A stretch of DNA of 63,740 nt, counting the filler, from Welwitschia mirabilis (taxonomy: Eukaryota): assembly GCA_051453625.1 (NCBI GenBank). It is 5 parts of one record of this genome, joined end to end, with 100 filler letters (N's around TTAATTAATTAA, not from the genome) between each part and the next. Parts side by side here need not be neighbours in the genome. Positions count along the whole stretch, not along the records: positions 27,995 to 53,920 come from JBOZIK010000001.1; 4 more parts are not named here. One strand, 5' to 3'. The translations under genes and the position numbers were made by a program. The notes below the pieces were generated by a model. It ran no database searches. It saw only the letters and a list, made by a program, of their open reading frames with translations, and was not told where the DNA came from. Below are positions 40,525 through 53,100 of the stretch, in pieces; position 1 is the stretch's first letter; each line of letters starts with the position of its first letter.

Positions 40525-43500
40525 TGTTAGAGAATCCTTGATTAAGTTATTTTCCACAAAATTTTATCTATATAATAAATTCAATACTTTATTAATATGG
40601 GAATCAATTTCCCATTATAAATAAAAGAAGTTAATATAATGTTAAAATTAGGGATTTAATATTAATGTAAACCTATAAAAAGGACATGTGTTATTGAATA
40701 ACATATGATAAGTTAATTTTACTTAGCTATTGAAGAACATAACATGTCCTTGGTTCTCATGATAATATATAGATCTTCATTGTTTAATGGACATAGAATG
40801 TAAAGATCTTGAATCACATAAATCTGTTTATTTTTTATATTTCTTTTTTAAATTATTCATTTACTTTCACTTTCACGTACTTTGTAATTTTTCTTGCTAG
40901 TAGTATTAAAGGTGGTTTTTGTCTGCTACATTTTTTTCCCTTCTGTTTTCCTTTTTTTTATTTTTTGTTAAAATAAGGATGAAATGACGGTGTAAGGTTA
41001 CAAATTTTACAAAAGATTACTTTCTAAAAGGGTAACAATATTGAACTTGTAAATAACTAATATTGCGAAGTCCAATGGAGTTAAATCCAACATTTGCAAA
41101 ATGAAGTGAAAGATATTTAATTGATAGAGATTAATCAAAAGCTTTTGGTGATAAACCTCATACAATACCTATGACGGAATTGAAAAAGCCAAATTATAAA
41201 GTGTTAAAAGAGCATTCACCAATGCTTGTCTTTGAACATCCTTTCTAAAAGAATAACTGTTGGTATTTAGATGAAGTTATGTAATTTGTAAATAATAAAA
41301 TATTTAAAAACTAAATTATTTTGATGCACCAATTCTTTGAATTTCTTAGATTATAAGGTAGTTATTTTATGACTTATTTAAATGTATTCAATAAGCTAAT
41401 CTTTCAATTAAAATTATTAGTTAATAAAACTTTAGACTAGGATCAATGTACAATGGTTATACGCATGCCTATTGAATCAAAAAATAACTCTATTACTTTA
41501 ATAAGATAAGATAGATTTATTTTTTTAGATAATAATTTCCTTTAGTGATATTATTAGAAGTGTTTTGAGTAAAAGGTTTAAATAAAGTTTATTGAATCTA
41601 CATCTAAATCCTTACGTATGAAATATAAACTGAGAACATCTTAAATTTTTAAATCAATTAAAGAAATGAAATGTCTAAAGACAGAAGATACAATTAAAAT
41701 AATTAAACTATAATAGAGAGGTTGCCTATTCGTATTATATTATGATGAAGTATTATTAATCTCTTAGAAGATGAACACAAAAAGTAGGAATACTTTGGTT
41801 GAGGAGTAAAATGATTTTTTTTAAAATAATCTTCATGCACAAGAAGAAAAAGGTTATCTACATATGATGTCCTTAGATTTAAATATTGTTTAAAGTTTAG
41901 ATCATGAAATCAAGTGTGTTATTTAATATGGCTCATCATAAGAAGTAGTTTATAAGTATCAATATTCCTCAGCAACTTTTGGTGTTAAAAATGTAAAACT
42001 TCAATTTCAAAATGAACCGAGTAGGAAATGTCATCACATTTGCCATGTGCCAAGTTTACCAAAAAAATTTGTTATTTGTTTGTATACTATTCTTGAACTT
42101 TCATCTCTCACTTCCAAATGAGATCTTATTATGAATGGCATAAAAGTTAAAGCTTTATATATTCTAGTTGGTAATACAATTGATTTTGTATTTATAGTCT
42201 TTGAAAGGATTAATTTAGCACAAAATACTAAGCCATACAAATATTTTGATATAAGAAGGAAACATTATAAGTTGTATTTTTACTTTTTTTTCATCTCTAT
42301 GAAATTGTCTCTTTGAAAAACAAAAGTGATTTTTATAAAAGAAGTTCTTAATGCTTGTATAGAGTAACTTATTTATTCCTATCAATTGATTTATTGTTGC
42401 AAATCTTAAATTTCATTTATTGAAAAATTCTCTAAAAATTCATAGCTAAATTGTTTAAGGTATAAGTTTGATGCATTTGAATAGTTTTAATACTTTATAA
42501 AACTTATTGAAATTAGATTGGAAAAAAGCTAATGTACTTACACACAAATAATAACAATGAATAAAGAAATAGTTCTGTTAAGCATGTAAAGAAATATTTA
42601 AATAGAAAACCATTTTTAGAACTCCTAAGAAAAATAGTATTGTTAAGCATGTAAAGAGAACATTCATGGATAAGGTTAGATAAATGTCTCTAGATGATTA
42701 CTTATTATTCAATCAATTGTTCCTTATCTTCTGGACTTGACAGTTGATAAGCATTGTTTGTTTAATAAAAGTATGCAAAATGCAATAAAACTGTGCATTG
42801 AGATATTGGAAATACAAAGCTGCTTTAATCATTAATACGAGAGTAAACAAAGGGTTACTAAATACTAACTAAGATGGTTAGATCTCCAACTAGCTTAGGT
42901 CAAACTGTATTACCAAGATCAGCTCTTAACAATGATCAAATTAAATAATTTAGGTTGAAAATTGATACTTTAACTATTATATACGTAATATAAATTATTT
43001 GGGAATAAAATAAAACATATAAAAGTTTAAGAAAATGCTGAAATAGTACTCAGTTCTAAACATTGCTAAGTATTCTAGCTCATGTTCAATTGCATAAATA
43101 GGAGTGGAAATAAGAGAGATTATTTCTTCAAGTAATGCAACAACTTGCAACACGTTTTAGTCTGCAAACAAATCAATATGGCATTCAAAAGATATCTTTT
43201 TAGATTTTCAATCATAACAATGCTAAATATTAAGCTTCTACGTATGCATATGGAAACATACTAATGAAAACAAGTGATTCCCCTTATAAGCAGCACTAAA
43301 TTTGGGGAGATGCCTATAACTAATTTCTAAGATGCACTGGAGCCTCCTCTTGTAGATCCTTTACTTAAATTCCTATTACTAGTCCTCTTTTGTAGTTTTA
43401 CCCTTGTACCCTTTCATCCTTCTTTTATAATCTTGATTCTTGGCTTCTTGTTGGGTGGTTCTTCTTCTTGCTTCTTAAGAATAGCTACATAGGAGAGGTT

Positions 43501-46156
43501 ATTTCTAAATCCTAGCTAACTTGTTCTTCTCCTTTTTCTTCATGCCAAGTGGCATTTGTACCTACAACAACTATTAAGAATACTATATAATATTAATTTG
43601 CAAACATACTAACTTAAATGACAAAATATTTACTAACTAACGAGAAAACATACATATAAGTAAGCATTAAACTATGTTAATTTTAGTAAGACTAATCATG
43701 GACATTGTTGGTCATTAATGGTAAAATACCTAAAGAGTCTAGTTTGATAAGCCTATTGACTTAGACATTTAAGATTTTATTTTTCTCCCTCTTTCTCCTA
43801 ATTATGATGTATGTGTGCATGTTCTCTTTAATCAAACATCAAAATAAGATTTCACATCTAAATAATGCATGCTTGATTAGGGGAAGGACATGTTCTCAAA
43901 GAATATAAACTTTAAAATCTTCGTAATGACATGGTTTTCTAAGAAACAAATAATTTTGCATAAGGTGATTCTAAAATAAGAGAACATAATAGAGAAATTA
44001 TTCCATTTGAATTCTAGTAAAAAGTAATCAAGCTTGCAATAAAAGAAAAATGGATCTTATTGAAAGATATAAATGAATGTTCCCTAATCCACAAATCTTG
44101 TCTAGAAAATCTAGTCAAGTTTCAAAGCCCTCTACAAGTTCTCTACTCTTTTAACTTTCTCTTGCTTTAGTTATTTTTCCACATATTAATGATGCTGATG
44201 ATCCTCCAAATGTTGAAAAAGACAAACAAAAAAGACCATAAAAAGTGAAAAGATGCAATGGATATTAAGATGAAATACATTTATAAAAACAATATATGGA
44301 TTTTTTAATGGAACATCCAAAAGGTTAAAAAGTAGTTGGTTGCAACAGATTTTCAAGGAAAAGAATAATTTTGCAAGAAATATTAAAGAATGCAAAAATC
44401 ATTTTGTAGCTAAAGATTCTCACAATTTAAAGGTGTAGATATTAATGAGGTTTCTCTTTTTTCGTCAAAGTAACTTTAGTTTGCTTTATACTAGCATTAG
44501 TGGTTGCATATGATTTTGAATTTGAGGATGTTAAGACTACATTTCTTAATGATTATCTTCAAGGAAAAATTTATATGCATCAGCCTGGTGGATATATGAC
44601 TCCTAAAAACAAGTATTTAGTTTGTCATCTACAGAAATTCTTATATGGTTTAAAGCAATACGCTAGAATGTGGTATAAAAGGTTTGACTATCATATGTCA
44701 TCTTTAAATTAGTTAAGTTGTAAAGCAAACCATTTTTTGTATTATAAGAGATTTCCGTCTTTCTTTGTTATATTACTATTGTATGTAAATGACATGATTG
44801 TTAGCAACAACAGGGAACTTATTAAGAAAGTCAAGAAATAACAAGAATTTCATATTGATGTGAGAGATCTAAGTTATGCTAATCATATCTAAGGTCTCAA
44901 AATTAACAAAATAAGGGATGCTAGAAAGTAATGGACAAGTCAAAAAGATATATCCTAAAGGTAGTAAAACTATTTGGAATGAAGATATGCTGATACTACA
45001 ACAAGTGTCAAGGATGCATCACTACATAACTCTGGCTAGCATAAGACCCACCACATGCCACAATAGCAAAGTCTAAGTGGGAACCTTAGATCCACATCAA
45101 CTCCATGACAACTTTGAATAATATCACCCTTAGAGAAATCTCATTAAAATTAATAAGACATGGGTCAAATAAAGAAAATACATATGCACAATTGGGGAGT
45201 CACTATATGTGATGGTAAGAATGCAACTTAATTTAGCTTATGCTTTTGTATCAGTAAGAAATCTCATAATCCTAGTCTTAAACATTGAATTGCTATAAGA
45301 AGAATTTTAAGATCTCTCTTATGAAATGTCTTTGTATTCATTTTGTTATCGAAATATTGGAAATGTAGCTTTGCATGGACCTGTTGGTGGCTTGACCTAT
45401 TTAAGCAAGAGATTCATAAATGTATAAATTAAGAACAAGATTTGTTTTTATTCAATGTGTAGCTATAATCAAATCACAAAGAAAGATAAATTAATTATTG
45501 TAACTTCTACAATAAAAGCTAAACATGTTGCTTTATCTAAACGTTTGGAGAAGTTATTTATTTATAAAAGTAGCTCTTGAAAATTGGATTAGAAATTAAA
45601 GATACTTGTATTGAAACTAAAGCATAATATGTCCCATGATAAATCATGCATTTCGTTGAAGGGAAAACATATCCAATACTACTACATTGAAAATGCTATC
45701 AAAAAATGCTTAATACAAATGTGAGAAAATTACTATTACAAAAAATATTGCAGACTTGTCTGAAAAGTTTGTAACTATGCAAAAGTTTGATTATTGTAGA
45801 CCATCCTTGAGCTATTAAAGCTTTGAACATTGATAATGCCTTGGAAAAATCCTAAAGTGCGTCACATGTATATAATAAAGAAGATAATATTAAATTTTAT
45901 TATTAACTTTGTTATACTATTGTAATCAATGGTACTCTATTCAAGGACATATAATGAATTGAATGTACTTGACTATTGAAGGATAAGATGTGTCATTGAT
46001 ATTCTTAATAATAAAGAGATCTACACGATTTCATGGACATAAGATGGAAAGATCCCAAACCATGTAAATTTTGTCTACTTCTATTATTATTGTTATTTCC
46101 CATTTTGTTACATATTCAATGCCTTTTACTTCTGGCTATTTTATAATTTTTCTAAC
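40525..46156 (+). mobile_element. Decayed Ty1/copia (Tork/Tnt1-like) element with short LTRs and nested insertions
   Basis: LTR-like segments at ~40525-40898 and ~45840-46156 share GATCT...ATGGACATA...GATC...CATGTAAAT. A PBS remnant lies at ~40900, a gag start (KGNNIEL) at ~41025 and the protease/pre-IN region (CHVPSLPKK...NGIKVKALYILVG) at ~42030-42180. RT spans 44500-44800 (DVKTTFL, IYMHQPGG, LYGLKQ, LLYVNDM), with RNase H to ~45800. Confidence 0.75.
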
Positions 46157-47739
46157 GTGCTTTGTCCTATAGTTAGTGAAGCCATATGTATAGCAATAAA
46201 TATAAAAGCTCAACTATTGTTCAAATTGAGCTTACTAATTAATGAGGTTAAGACCCTGACCGAAAAGCCCTTATAGATGTGGATTTATACTTTAATGAGA
46301 TAATTGCTATGGCTTTTCAATACATTGACCGTTTCAAGTTAACTCAATACATTGCTCTTTTGAATGAACCCAAGGATCATATAATGCATTACAGGTAGTA
46401 AAAATGAGTATCAAGTTGAGGGTTAGGTGAAACTCTTCATTCAATGTGAATTTTCAACTCAGTTAATTTTAGGATGCTGTAGAACTTCGAATATTCCATT
46501 GTTTGAACGAGTTCTAAAATTTTTAAGACACTAGAACATCTCATGATGTATTGTTTAGTATTTGAGAATTTTACTTTCACAAGTCACGATTTCAAGTATA
46601 CATTATATTTGTACAAATCTATTAAAAAACATGATTTAGTCCAAATGTTCCATCGTCCAAGTCATGTGATTTGTTTGCTGCTTTCAAGGGTAAGAACCAA
46701 AGGAAGTATTGACATTTTCCTTTATCTATTTAGCATCTCTAGCATTTACGTGATTTCAACCAAAAAATTTAACAACAATCACCCTGTCATTAGTTATCTT
46801 TCAAATTCCTTTATTTCTTTGCACGATACTATAGGTTAGTTAAATTCTTCTTCAAGCTTCTATTCAAGATCTCACAACTTTCAATAACTTCCCTAATTGG
46901 ATTTGTTGTGTTGTGTAGCCTCTATTTTCAACCTCTATCGATGATATGTAGTTTCCCCCCACTTGCGATTCCTAGTTGCAGAAGATCCAACTTGAGATTT
47001 TTCTTTCCTTTTGACATTTGAATTTTTTAGTTAAAAAATAATTAAAGGCTCCAAGATTTTGCATGTTTAGATACTTTGATGAATGTTTTAAACCTTTTCA
47101 TTTTTGTTTCAATTTTTATATATGTTTTAGGGAACCCTTATAACTAGCTAGGAGTTGGCAACCATTCATATTTCACACGTAATTGACAATTATGTAACCA
47201 CTATTTGGCATTATCCTCTTTTTTGGTCCTATCTAACAATATTGTTTACTTTATTTAATACCACACTGACATTTGTTAAGAAGTACCAACTAGGAACTTA
47301 GCATTGAATCTTTTTAACATATGAACTAATAGAATTTTTTGCAACAAAAATAAGAAGATTAAATATTCTTAATGTTTAATTCAAAACATGTGGTTAAGTA
47401 ATTTCATGTTTAAATAAGGTAGTTAATTAACAATGAAATAAAGAATAAAGATATTATGGGTTTTACATTGGTTAGATAGCTTAAGCCATAAACTTTATTT
47501 CATAAACATCAATCATGGTTCTTCTTATAGAACGTTACATATTCAAGATTAAGACGTGGAAGGGAAAGAGGTTTTAAACTTGAAAATTTTAGTGGTCATA
47601 CCTCCACCTTAAAGTACAGCCACTCTAATCACCTAAACAAATGATTTAATTATACCTCAAGTCTCCTAGTGCATTATGTGTGACATCCAAAAAGTTTTAA
47701 CCCCTTATATCTAACATTTTGGATGCAAGTTAACAACAG

Positions 47740-48800
47740 CTTGTATACTATAATAAGCTCTTAGGTAATGGTATAAGTTTAATGGTCTTATAAAGAGAAA
47801 ATACTCTTAGATATGATGTAAACCATAGGGCCTATCCCAATGGATAAGTAGGATAATAGACTCATTATATGCAAACGACATGCTTGACATTGATAAGATG
47901 TTAGTTGTCAGCAATGATATCTATGAGATTCATTTACTTAAAAGAGAGGTTAAAAAAAACATCTCTACACAAAACTCATATGTAACAATTTTTCGATGAT
48001 ATTAATTTCTAATTATAAGACGCATCCAAAGCTATGGTTTGATTAACGTGAATATGTTGCCAGTGTCCTTAAATGGTTTAATATCATTGATTGTACTCTT
48101 ATTAGCACTCCAATAACAATGCCTTTTGAAATCTCTAACCACAATTATCTCACACGGCAAAAGAAAACATCCCACAAACTATAGTTATAATGAAGTTTGA
48201 TATATACTATAATTTGTAACAAGCCTGTTAGCTTATTTAACAAGAATTGTAACAACTTTAACAGCCACAGGTCTTTGGTTTGTCGTCATTCCTCCCGGAC
48301 TACAATTGGTTTTATAGCAATTGAAAAAAGTCACACCTTTGGTTACGTCTCTCATATGTTCTCAACTAGCCATCTTGTTGCCTAGTTGTTGTACACTGGT
48401 TAACCATATGAGCAAACTATACAACCCTTACAAAGATAAGTAAATAACTGATTGGTTGACACATTATTACTCTACTATTCATTTGCCTGACCATGCAAAC
48501 ATATCCTTGTTGAACAAGGCACATTACTGATAAAGCACCACTTTGTTAGCCAAACATTGGAAACGAAACAACTAGATGCATGCATCATTGATACACACAA
48601 ATCTTATTGATTTTCCAAGTGTAAAACATTAATTACACAATGTTCACATACAATTCTAGACATGATGCTGGAAAGCATTACATCTTTTGGAATTGTTAGA
48701 CAAGTATCATGTAGGAGATTGCTGTTTGTAACATCACCATAGACATCACCTTCTTTGGAGGGTTTTATGTGATAGTCTTTGGCATAATCAAAGTATAGTT
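47740..48800 (+). mobile_element. Short decayed retroelement fragments (copia RT, then probable LINE 3' end)
   Basis: LYANDML at ~47865 (cf. LYVDDML). AKHWKRNN and a frameshifted GGVLCDS-like motif lie at ~48550-48790. Confidence 0.4.
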
Positions 48801-50064
48801 TTTATGTTTGTATTTATAGGTAGAAATAGAAATAGAGAAATCAAGTAAGTTGTTAGCTGATAACAGTAGCTAATCCAGATGCATAAGGATAATGATAAAA
48901 TTTCAGCCAAAGTATGTTGCATGAATGGTTTATTTTCCTATGGTTAATAAAGGAAAATAACACATGGNNNNNNNNNNNNNNNNNNNNNNNNNNNNNNNNN
49001 NNNNNNNNNNNNNNNNNNNNNNNNNNNNNNNNNNNNNNNNNNNNNNNNNNNNNNNNNNNNNNNNNNNNNNNNNNNNNNNNNNNNNNNNNNNNNNTTTTTC
49101 GTACTGTAATGCTTTGCTATTTCATTTGCTTTTGTAACAACTCTCAAAATCATTAAAACTGTTGTACTCCTCAAGGAACAAAATCACAGAGACATGCAAA
49201 CATTTACAAAAAACATGATAGTTTACATCAAAGTATACAGACTGCATCATCCAACTTGCACTATAAGTTGTTAAATGCATGCAGTGGTAATGATTCAGTT
49301 GTGGGTCATAGAAGCCAATACGATTAATTCACGCTGAATGGTTAACAGATTACATACATTTGACCAAAATAAATATAAAGCTGAATTCAGCTTGCTGATT
49401 CAAAAGAGACAAAAAGCATAAGCAAAGTCAACAAATTTTCTATGAGCCAAATTATTCAAAGTTATATCAAAAACAGATGAAAATCTCAAGGCAGCGGCCA
49501 CTAATAAGGCCTTATGGAGGCTAAGGCATTGAATCAAAGTAGTTTCTAAACTGTAATCACAAAAATTATGTCAGCACGACAGTGGTTTGGATCTGTGTGA
49601 AGAAACCTCTATGTAATATGTGAAGCTTCCAATATATTAAATGCAATACCCCGTACAATTTGATTTCTTTCATAATTCAGCCCTACATCTCAAAAGCCAG
49701 CTACCTCAGACAATAACGATAAATCAAGATAAATGGAAAAATCCTGCTTTAAGCTGAGAATTAAAAAATAGCCAATGCACAATCTCAGGTGCATGTACTA
49801 AAATAGAAATATTCACCAAATTTGTTCCACTTGCAATTTTTGACGTTATAAAAAAGAAACAGTACTCAATGAAAGGCATGCCTCCTGCAAAAAGAAGCCT
49901 GAACATTCTTCAGGCATTCAGACAAATATTTCAAGATTCCATTGAACAACTCCTCTTGAAAGTTTATAAAAAACATGGAAATACATCATTTCGCAGATCC
50001 TTTGAAACAATTGTACACCCAATACTGAATTAAGAATAATAGTCAGGTGGAAAGTAAGAAAGAC

Positions 50065-50138
50065 TCAATCTTCCATAGGCACTGCTGGAATGGCCCATCA
50101 GTCTTCTTCAATTGCCTTAAGAACAGAAACTGGGGATA
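50065..50138 (-). pseudogene. Tandem duplicate of the bystin terminal exon (AC acceptor, premature stop)
   Basis: 116-bp period. It reads (I)SPVSVLKAIEED*WAIPAVPMED*, with CGA>TGA at 50098-50100, and is preceded by ACTTTGAC TATTGAC|. Confidence 0.9.
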
Positions 50139-50180
50139 GTCAATAGTCAAAGTAATATTTGGATGGGCAGTAAGAAAGAC

Positions 50181-53100
50181 TCAATCTTCCATAGGCACTG
50201 CCGGAACATCCCATCGGTCTTCTTCTATAGGCTTAATAACAGAAACTGGGGACACTAAAAAGGTCAAAGAAAACTACACAGGAATATAGCCATTGCTATG
50301 ATACAGAAAATCTACTGAAAACTACAGTATAAATGAGCTTCAGTGTTTTATCGATCCAAATATTTACATTCACAATTTACGTTCACAAATTAACTTCTGA
50401 AACTATGATCAACAGGAAAGTGAAATCTACAGATCACATTTCTGCACAAAAAACTGAAAATATCAATGAGGGCAAAGAGAAAAATCCCTCTATAAAATTC
50501 TCTCCAAATTCTTGGCTAATAGGATTAAAACAATATTTCAAGCTTGGTTTATAAGGAACAAGCAGGGTTTATTAAAGGGAGGCAAATCGCAGATCAGGCA
50601 ATGTTGGTGTAAGAATTAATCCATTCAGCAATACATTGGAACAAAAAGCAAACAGCTTTGAAATTAGACATTAGTAAAACATATGATAGGATTAATTGGA
50701 ATTACATAAGTTTAGTACAAGAAGGAATGAAGTTTCCAAAAAATTGGNNNNNNNNNNNNNNNNNNNNNNNNNNNNNNNNNNNNNNNNNNNNNNNNNNNNN
50801 NNNNNNNNNNNNNNNNNNNNNNNNNNNNNNNNNNNNNNNNNNNNNNNNNNNNNNNNNNNNNNNNNNNNNNNNNNNNNNNNNNNNNNNNNNNNNNNNNNNN
50901 NNNNNNNNNNNNNNNNNNNNNNNNNNNNNNNNNNNNNNNNNNNNNNNNNNNNNNNNNNNNNNNNNNNNNNNNNNNNNNNNNNNNNNNNNNNNNNNNNNNN
51001 NNNNNNNNNNNNNNNNNNNNNNNNNNNNNNNNNNNNNNNNNNNNNNNNNNNNNNNNNNNNNNNNNNNNNNNNNNNNNNNNNNNNNNNNNNNNNNNNNNNN
51101 NNNNNNNNNNNNNNNNNNNNNNNNNNNNNNNNNNNNNNNNNNNNNNNNNNNNNNNNNNNNNNNNNNNNNNNNNNNNNNNNNNNNNNNNNNNNNNNNNNNN
51201 NNNNNNNNNNNNNNNNNNNNNNNNNNNNNNNNNNNNNNNNNNNNNNNNNNNNNNNNNNNNNNNNNNNNNNNNNNNNNNNNNNNNNNNNNNNNNNNNNNNN
51301 NNNNNNNNNNNNNNNNNNNNNNNNNNNNNNNNNNNNNNNNNNCTTCTATTTAATGCAATGTTATGTTTCACCTAATCACTAATAGTGAAAAAGTCCAAAC
51401 TAAGAGAGATTTCTATGGGCTGATAATGGTAGAAAGGGATTCATGCAACCAATTGGGATACAATATGTAAAAGCTGGAAGAATGGGGCATGGGGTTTCAA
51501 ACATCTTCTTGGGTTCAATTATGCTTTAATGGGCAAGTTAAGATGGTAACTTATGAACACCCCATAAACCATGGGTTCGAGCTATGGTGAAGAAATACTT
51601 ATATGGTGACGTGGATTTCTTTAGGGTCCCATGAATTAAAGTAATGATGATGCAATACTTATATGGTGACTTTTGGTGGCCCCATGAAGCATACAAGCAT
51701 CGCCAATTTGGACAGACAGAGAAAAAGTAAGAACATGGTTCAATCAACATATTAATTAGCACCATTTAAAAAACGCATTAAGGAGTGAGCAATATTCACA
51801 AGGCAAAGTNNNNNNNNNNNNNNNNNNNNNNNNNNNNNNNNNNNNNNNNNNNNNNNNNNNNNNNNNNNNNNNNNNNNNNNNNNNNNNNNNNNNNNNNNNN
51901 NNNNNNNNNAGTCTCACTCTCCATTTACTTATATGCCTCAATTTATATTTCAACTTTTGAGTTACAACTTTCATGTAAATGGACTAGTACTACCAAGGTC
52001 TAACTTCCCTTTACAACATTATAACATATCAATATTCAATAAGATAACATAAGAATTCTAATAGAACATTTGGTTTCACACCATAAGCATTGAGATGCAG
52101 CCTAGTGTAAGTGGGTATATGGGAATCAAAACTGTGATATTGAATCTCGGATAAATAAAGGATAGAGGGTTAAAAGAGATACAACTGCCCAAAGACCCAC
52201 AATATGGCAAAAGAAAGTAGTCTAGAAGGATGTGAGTCATGTGACATTATACTAAGACACACATTTAACACACTTATAATGTATATTAAATAAAAATGTC
52301 TTTTGGTTATTGACCTATGCCTTTAATTGGAAGAATAACTATAAGTCGTGATGATGGCACCTTAATAGATAGTTAAGCTTATGCTACAATGATGTGACTA
52401 GGGTCTATTTTGTTGGTGTGGTAACTGAATTGAATGCCACTGCCATGATGTAGCTAGTATGTTTAACTCATAGAGTAAGCAAATTAGCAAACCAAAGATG
52501 AACTAGACAGAAGCTGATATGGCAATAGGCTAAAGCAAATATGCGATACATGGAACACTTCCATGATTCCATGAATTAAAGTTATGACGATGAAATACTT
52601 ATACGGTGACATGGATTTCTTTAGGTGGCCCCATGAATTATACAAGCATCACCAATTTCGAGAGACACAGAAAAAGTAAGAGCATGGTTCAATCAACATA
52701 TTAATTAGCAACATTTAAAAAACGCATTAAGGAGTGAGCAATATTCACAAGGCAAAGTTTATAATACTAGATATAATTATCAAAGGGACAGAATTCATTC
52801 CATCTGGACTAATTGATTATTGACACCTCAGTTACAGTTGCTAACATTAAAGGTACATAAGCAGCAACTAAATGCCAAAACAAGATGATCTCAACTTAAC
52901 ATAATTGATAGCAGTCAGTGCCAGTTATGTGGAAAAGACAAGGAGAAGATACCTCATCTTTTACTTCACTGCGAATTCATAGTGCCATTCTGGAATAATG
53001 TGAGTCAGTTCAAGGGATTTCTTTCCCTTAACCCAAGGTTCAGCAGTGATGACAGAGCTAGAGCTAGTTATAAAGGGCGCAGAGAGAAAATACAGATAGC

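Noticed and set aside
46200-47000. Possible LINE ORF1 or gene fragment on the minus strand
   Set aside because: No motif was recognised with enough confidence.
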